From contig JBPPMJ010000003.1 in NCBI GenBank assembly GCA_051306005.1, positions 329,171-393,170 of the forward strand: a stretch of DNA of 64,000 nt. Reading direction: 5' to 3'. Positions 60,622 to 64,000 of the stretch are shown here, in pieces. How positions within the stretch are numbered: the stretch's first letter is position 1; the number at the start of each line of letters is the position of its first letter. The notes below the pieces were generated by a model. That model ran no database searches. It saw nothing but the letters and a program-made list of their open reading frames with translations, and was not told the origin of the DNA. A program made the position numbers and the translations under genes. Source of the stretch: Minisyncoccota bacterium (GTDB taxonomy: Bacteria > Patescibacteriota > Minisyncoccia > Moranbacterales > UBA1568).

Positions 60622-60918
60622 CTATTTCAAACCAAACTTAGCCTTGGTAAGACGATATTGGTCATCAGAAATCTGTCGACTCTTCCGCATCATTTCCAAA
60701 GATGCCAAAATCTCATCTTTATGTTTCTCAATATTCTTCGGCGTCATCGCTTTACGCATCAACGTTTCACGTTCGGCTGGGCTCATCTTCATCATACGTT
60801 TCATTGCGAAACGCTGGAGCATATTCATATCTTTTGTATCAGGCATTCCCGGGATGTTGGGCATACTCACATCCTCTGACGCATCTTCTTTTTTTCTTTT
60901 GAGTGGATTCCAATGCAT
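60622..60918 (-). CDS. Small Met/Lys-rich hypothetical protein
   Basis: 98-aa ORF in the correct orientation between tyrS and secF. No family recognised. Confidence 0.35.
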   Translation of the reverse strand: MHWNPLKRKKEDASEDVSMPNIPGMPDTKDMNMLQRFAMKRMMKMSPAERETLMRKAMTPKNIEKHKDEILASLEMMRKSRQISDDQYRLTKAKFGLK

Positions 60919-60943
60919 AAAAAAATATTTCTCAATAAATCAA

Positions 60944-61849
60944 TTATTTTTTCTGTTGCTTCATGTGATACCGTGTGACCAACAATGCGGAAGCAACAAA
61001 AATAGAAGAGTAGGTGCCAAAGGCGACACCAGCAAAAAGAGCGACGCCAAAATAGCGGATACTCTCTCCACCAAAAATAACGATAGCGAGCAAGGTAATT
61101 AAAACCGTGAGCGACGTATTGAAAGAACGTCCCAAAGTCTCGTTGAGAGAACGATTCACAAGACTCTCAAAAGACTCTTTGTGACGAGAACGCATTAAAT
61201 TTTCACGCACACGATCGTATACCACGATAGTATCATTGACTGAATATCCCAAAATAGTCAGAAGAGCGGCGATGAACGGCACGCCAATCTCTACGTCCAT
61301 ATATCTGCCCAACAGAACAAAAATACCCAGCACAATGATAATATCATGTGCCAAAGCGATAATCGCACCCACACCATATTCCCAGGACGTAACCACACCC
61401 GAAACCTGACGAAATGCCCAAGCGACATAGAGAGCGATGCCTATGAGTGAAAAAAGAATACCATACAGAGCGTTTTGGCGAATCTTATCAGAAACAGAGG
61501 CACCGACAAAATCCGTCCGTAGTTGACGAACATGCGGATCAATCGTTTGCAATGCAGTAAGTACTTTTTGGTTCACTGATTCATCTGAAGCGAGATAACG
61601 CAAAAGGACACCATTATTTTCGGTCGGCTGAATCGTTAAGCTATTCAGATCAATAGATGCTAATTGTTTGTTCAACATAACGGGCGATGGTGCGGGATCC
61701 ATAGCAAAACGTACTTCCATAAGTGTTCCTCCCTTAAAATCAATCCCCAAATTGAAACCCCAAAGTCCAATCAATATGATACTGGCAAGCGTCAAAATAC
61801 CGGAAAACCAGTACGTATAGATTCTTTTTTGAATAATCTGAAGCATCAT
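60944..61849 (-). CDS. secF: Protein translocase subunit SecF. The start was taken at the internal MMLQ to give a 4-nt overlap with the secD stop.
   Basis: IDFKGGTLMEVRF, a periplasmic domain, and 6 TM helices of the SecD/F family. Confidence 0.85.
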   Translation of the reverse strand: MMLQIIQKRIYTYWFSGILTLASIILIGLWGFNLGIDFKGGTLMEVRFAMDPAPSPVMLNKQLASIDLNSLTIQPTENNGVLLRYLASDESVNQKVLTALQTIDPHVRQLRTDFVGASVSDKIRQNALYGILFSLIGIALYVAWAFRQVSGVVTSWEYGVGAIIALAHDIIIVLGIFVLLGRYMDVEIGVPFIAALLTILGYSVNDTIVVYDRVRENLMRSRHKESFESLVNRSLNETLGRSFNTSLTVLITLLAIVIFGGESIRYFGVALFAGVAFGTYSSIFVASALLVTRYHMKQQKK

Positions 61850-63591
61850 AATTTTTCTTCTAAAGGTTTTTTGGGTGAAACGAGAAGATAAGGATGACGC
61901 TCCATCCAATCGCTAACAACAAACATTGTCGTGATACGTACGAGCACTACCGCCGTGAAAAGTGACAATAATACGCCGATTGCTAGGATAATGGCAAAAC
62001 CTTTCACAAAACCAGTGCCAAAGCCTATGAGAATAAGTGTTGTAATAAGTGTGGAAACATGCCCATCGCGAATACTAGGCCACGCTCGACGGAATCCTTC
62101 CGAAAGAGATTTATAAACATTTTTTCCATAAGATAACTCCTCGCGCGTACGTTCAAAAATCAACACATTGGCATCAACAGCGATACCAATAGAAAGAATA
62201 AAGCCAGCAATGCCGGACAATGTCACAGTAATCGCGAATGGAGTCAGGGCGGAAAGCTTGAAAATTGCCAATAACATCGCTGTATAGAGTAGGAGGGCAA
62301 ATACCGCAATCAGTCCGAGAAAACGATAGTACACAATCATAAAAATGGCTATCGCTGTCAAACCAATCAACCCAGCGAACAAACTCTGGCGAAGCGCACT
62401 CTCACCAAGACTCGCATCGATACTTTGTTGCCCAACCAATTCCAAAGGCACCGGTAAAGATCCTTCATTCAGACGCTTAACCAATGCAGTGGCTTCTGGA
62501 ATAGTATAATTACCGGTAATCTGTGCTCGCCCCCCAATAATTTCTTCTTGAATAACCGGCGCATAGGGTGGATCCATGGCATCTATAACACCATCACCAT
62601 TGGTATCAGTAATGGGCAGGCCGTCCAACACGATGGCGACACCTTTGCCAACATTACGTTTGGTAATATCCGCAAACAATGCGGATCCTTCATCATCAAA
62701 TTGAAGTGAGATCATAGGTGATCCGAGGCCTCCATTTTGATAATCCACAGAAGCATTTTTCAAATTTTTTCCATTCAAAGCAGTAGAAATATAGTGTGTA
62801 ATCGGCGCATTTTCTTGTTCCAAAGAACGTTTGAGCAACAAAATATGTGAAGAACGTATTTCTCGCTCATCCCCATCTCCCCTTTCATCCGTTTTTTTGA
62901 TGATATGCCAACCGAATGATGACTCTACCAACTCTGAATACACGCTCCCCACTGTAAAGTCTGGATTGAATAAAGCCTTTTCAAACTCTGGAACAAAAGC
63001 ATTCTTTGTAACAAAATCAAGATCTCCACCATTCATTGCAGTACCATCTTGACTAAATTGTTTCGCTAATGCTCCAAAATCTTCTCCCTGTTTAGCACGT
63101 TCCAGAACACGTTGCGCCATTTCTTTACTTTGTTTATTGGCTTCTTCAATTATTTCAGGTGATACCGATGGACGTTCTTGCGTAATTAATTCTTGAAATT
63201 CCAAAAATGGCGTTTCTTTAATCATTGCTTTGGCTTGCTCAACGTCCTGAATACCTGGCAATTCCACGATAATACGGTGTTCATCGCCCGAACGAGACAA
63301 CTGCACCAACGGTTCTCCGACACCAAAAGCATTCACACGTCTTTCAATAACTGCTTCAGCAGCAGACAGGGCTTCCTCTACTTTATCCGTTGGCACTTGC
63401 GAAATATCTGCCAAATATTCTAAATGGATACCACCTTGCAAGTCTAAACCTCTATTGACTTGTAAAGTATTCAACCTATCAAAAATGGGTTGGATAAAAT
63501 GCACCGTTTGCGGATAAGCGATAATACCAGAAAACAAGCCTAAAGCGAGTACCCCAGCAAACTGCCAACGTTTTTTAATATATTGTTTCAT
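61846..63591 (-). CDS. secD: Protein translocase subunit SecD carrying an inserted parvulin-type PPIase domain. The start was taken at MKQYIKKRW.
   Basis: The N-terminal TM and the SecD P1 head (LDLQGGIHLEY...) are followed by a rotamase-like insert (GEDFGALAKQFSQDGTAMNGGDLDFVTKNAFVPEFEKALF...ESSFGWHIIK). The conserved SecD core then resumes (GKGVAIVLDG...IGPSLG-like, with a C-terminal 6-TM bundle). Confidence 0.85.
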   Translation of the reverse strand: MKQYIKKRWQFAGVLALGLFSGIIAYPQTVHFIQPIFDRLNTLQVNRGLDLQGGIHLEYLADISQVPTDKVEEALSAAEAVIERRVNAFGVGEPLVQLSRSGDEHRIIVELPGIQDVEQAKAMIKETPFLEFQELITQERPSVSPEIIEEANKQSKEMAQRVLERAKQGEDFGALAKQFSQDGTAMNGGDLDFVTKNAFVPEFEKALFNPDFTVGSVYSELVESSFGWHIIKKTDERGDGDEREIRSSHILLLKRSLEQENAPITHYISTALNGKNLKNASVDYQNGGLGSPMISLQFDDEGSALFADITKRNVGKGVAIVLDGLPITDTNGDGVIDAMDPPYAPVIQEEIIGGRAQITGNYTIPEATALVKRLNEGSLPVPLELVGQQSIDASLGESALRQSLFAGLIGLTAIAIFMIVYYRFLGLIAVFALLLYTAMLLAIFKLSALTPFAITVTLSGIAGFILSIGIAVDANVLIFERTREELSYGKNVYKSLSEGFRRAWPSIRDGHVSTLITTLILIGFGTGFVKGFAIILAIGVLLSLFTAVVLVRITTMFVVSDWMERHPYLLVSPKKPLEEKL

Positions 63592-63696
63592 ACACGCCAG
63601 TATAGCCGAATGTTGCCGGATAGGCAACTGCGAGTGATGTCTGGTGTTTTCATGGCATAAAGAAAATACGAAAATGATACCAGCCCTCAAGTATTC

Positions 63697-64000
63697 TCAA
63701 GATACCTGTATTGCATACGCGTCATAATCCGCAATAGGTATCAACTTTCCCTCTCGCAAGACATAATACTGTGTCATGGTACTATGTTCCAACAAATCAC
63801 GGTCATGCGTGACCAAAAGTAATGTGCCAGCATAATCGTTCAAAGCTTCCTCCAAAGCTTCAATCGTTTCCAAATCCAAATGATTGGTTGGTTCATCCAA
63901 AATCAAAAAAGTAACTTGACGTAAACTCAGTAAAGCGAGTATAAGGCGCACACGCTCTCCTGGACTAAGAAAAGTAATTTTTTCATCAAGCACGGTTGGT
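63697..64000 (-). CDS. ABC-F family ATP-binding protein, C-terminal end only. The gene continues beyond the window end.
   Basis: ABC signature and Walker B (LSPGERVRLILALLSLRQVTFLILDEPTNHLD), and an H-loop (LLLVTHDR). Confidence 0.6.
   Translation of the reverse strand, partial: PTVLDEKITFLSPGERVRLILALLSLRQVTFLILDEPTNHLDLETIEALEEALNDYAGTLLLVTHDRDLLEHSTMTQYYVLREGKLIPIADYDAYAIQVS

Overview
This 64 kb window looks like low-GC bacterial chromosome in which nearly every gene is on the minus strand. The gene content suggests an uncultivated CPR/Patescibacteria-like bacterium, but that is inference only: fused ADP-forming acetyl-CoA synthetase, SecD carrying a PPIase insert, many orphan secreted and membrane proteins, pseudogene debris. 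Every call below comes from reading the six-frame translations and the DNA by eye; no searches were run. The layout from start to end is as follows. A cell-wall block of murB (partial), murC, murG, ftsW and trmD at 1-4.9 kb. A cell-surface glycan locus at about 5-20 kb, with two GT4 transferases, an O-antigen-ligase-like protein, two Wzz-like proteins, a SAM methyltransferase, a beta-helix protein and an embedded acdAB-type acetate--CoA ligase. A GC-richer trio of secreted proteins at 16-19.4 kb. Then rseP and frr, a BNR-repeat lipoprotein, and tRNA-Lys(UUU). Next to the tRNA sits a 25-bp inverted copy of the tRNA 3' end, with a decayed large serine recombinase between the two copies, followed by a 1290-aa orphan protein ending in a GNAT domain. 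These together look like an island. After that come serS, tRNA-Val(CAC), lysS, greA, pbp2-mreD-mreC-mreB and aspS. A two-component pair follows, a tandem-REC regulator and a multi-TM histidine kinase. The pair is split by a 3-gene cassette (SIR2-like protein, nucleotide-sugar dehydrogenase, O-methyltransferase) and a truncated near-identical copy of the kinase 3' end. After the kinase come a bacterial SET-domain protein, a P-loop kinase plus a Nudix-PNP/MTAN fusion bounded by long noncoding stretches, and a decaying accessory stretch holding a ddl fragment, a NERD protein, a PD-(D/E)xK-like protein and frameshifted fragments. The window ends with a wzm permease, a holin-like DUF360 protein, a phosphoglycosyl transferase, RNase P RNA, pheST, tyrS, secF, secD and the edge of an ABC-F ATPase. 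No CRISPR array was seen. The candidates most worth follow-up are the SecD-parvulin fusion, the tRNA-Lys island with its giant GNAT protein, the SIR2-like cassette inserted between kinase and regulator, and the Nudix-PNP fusion.
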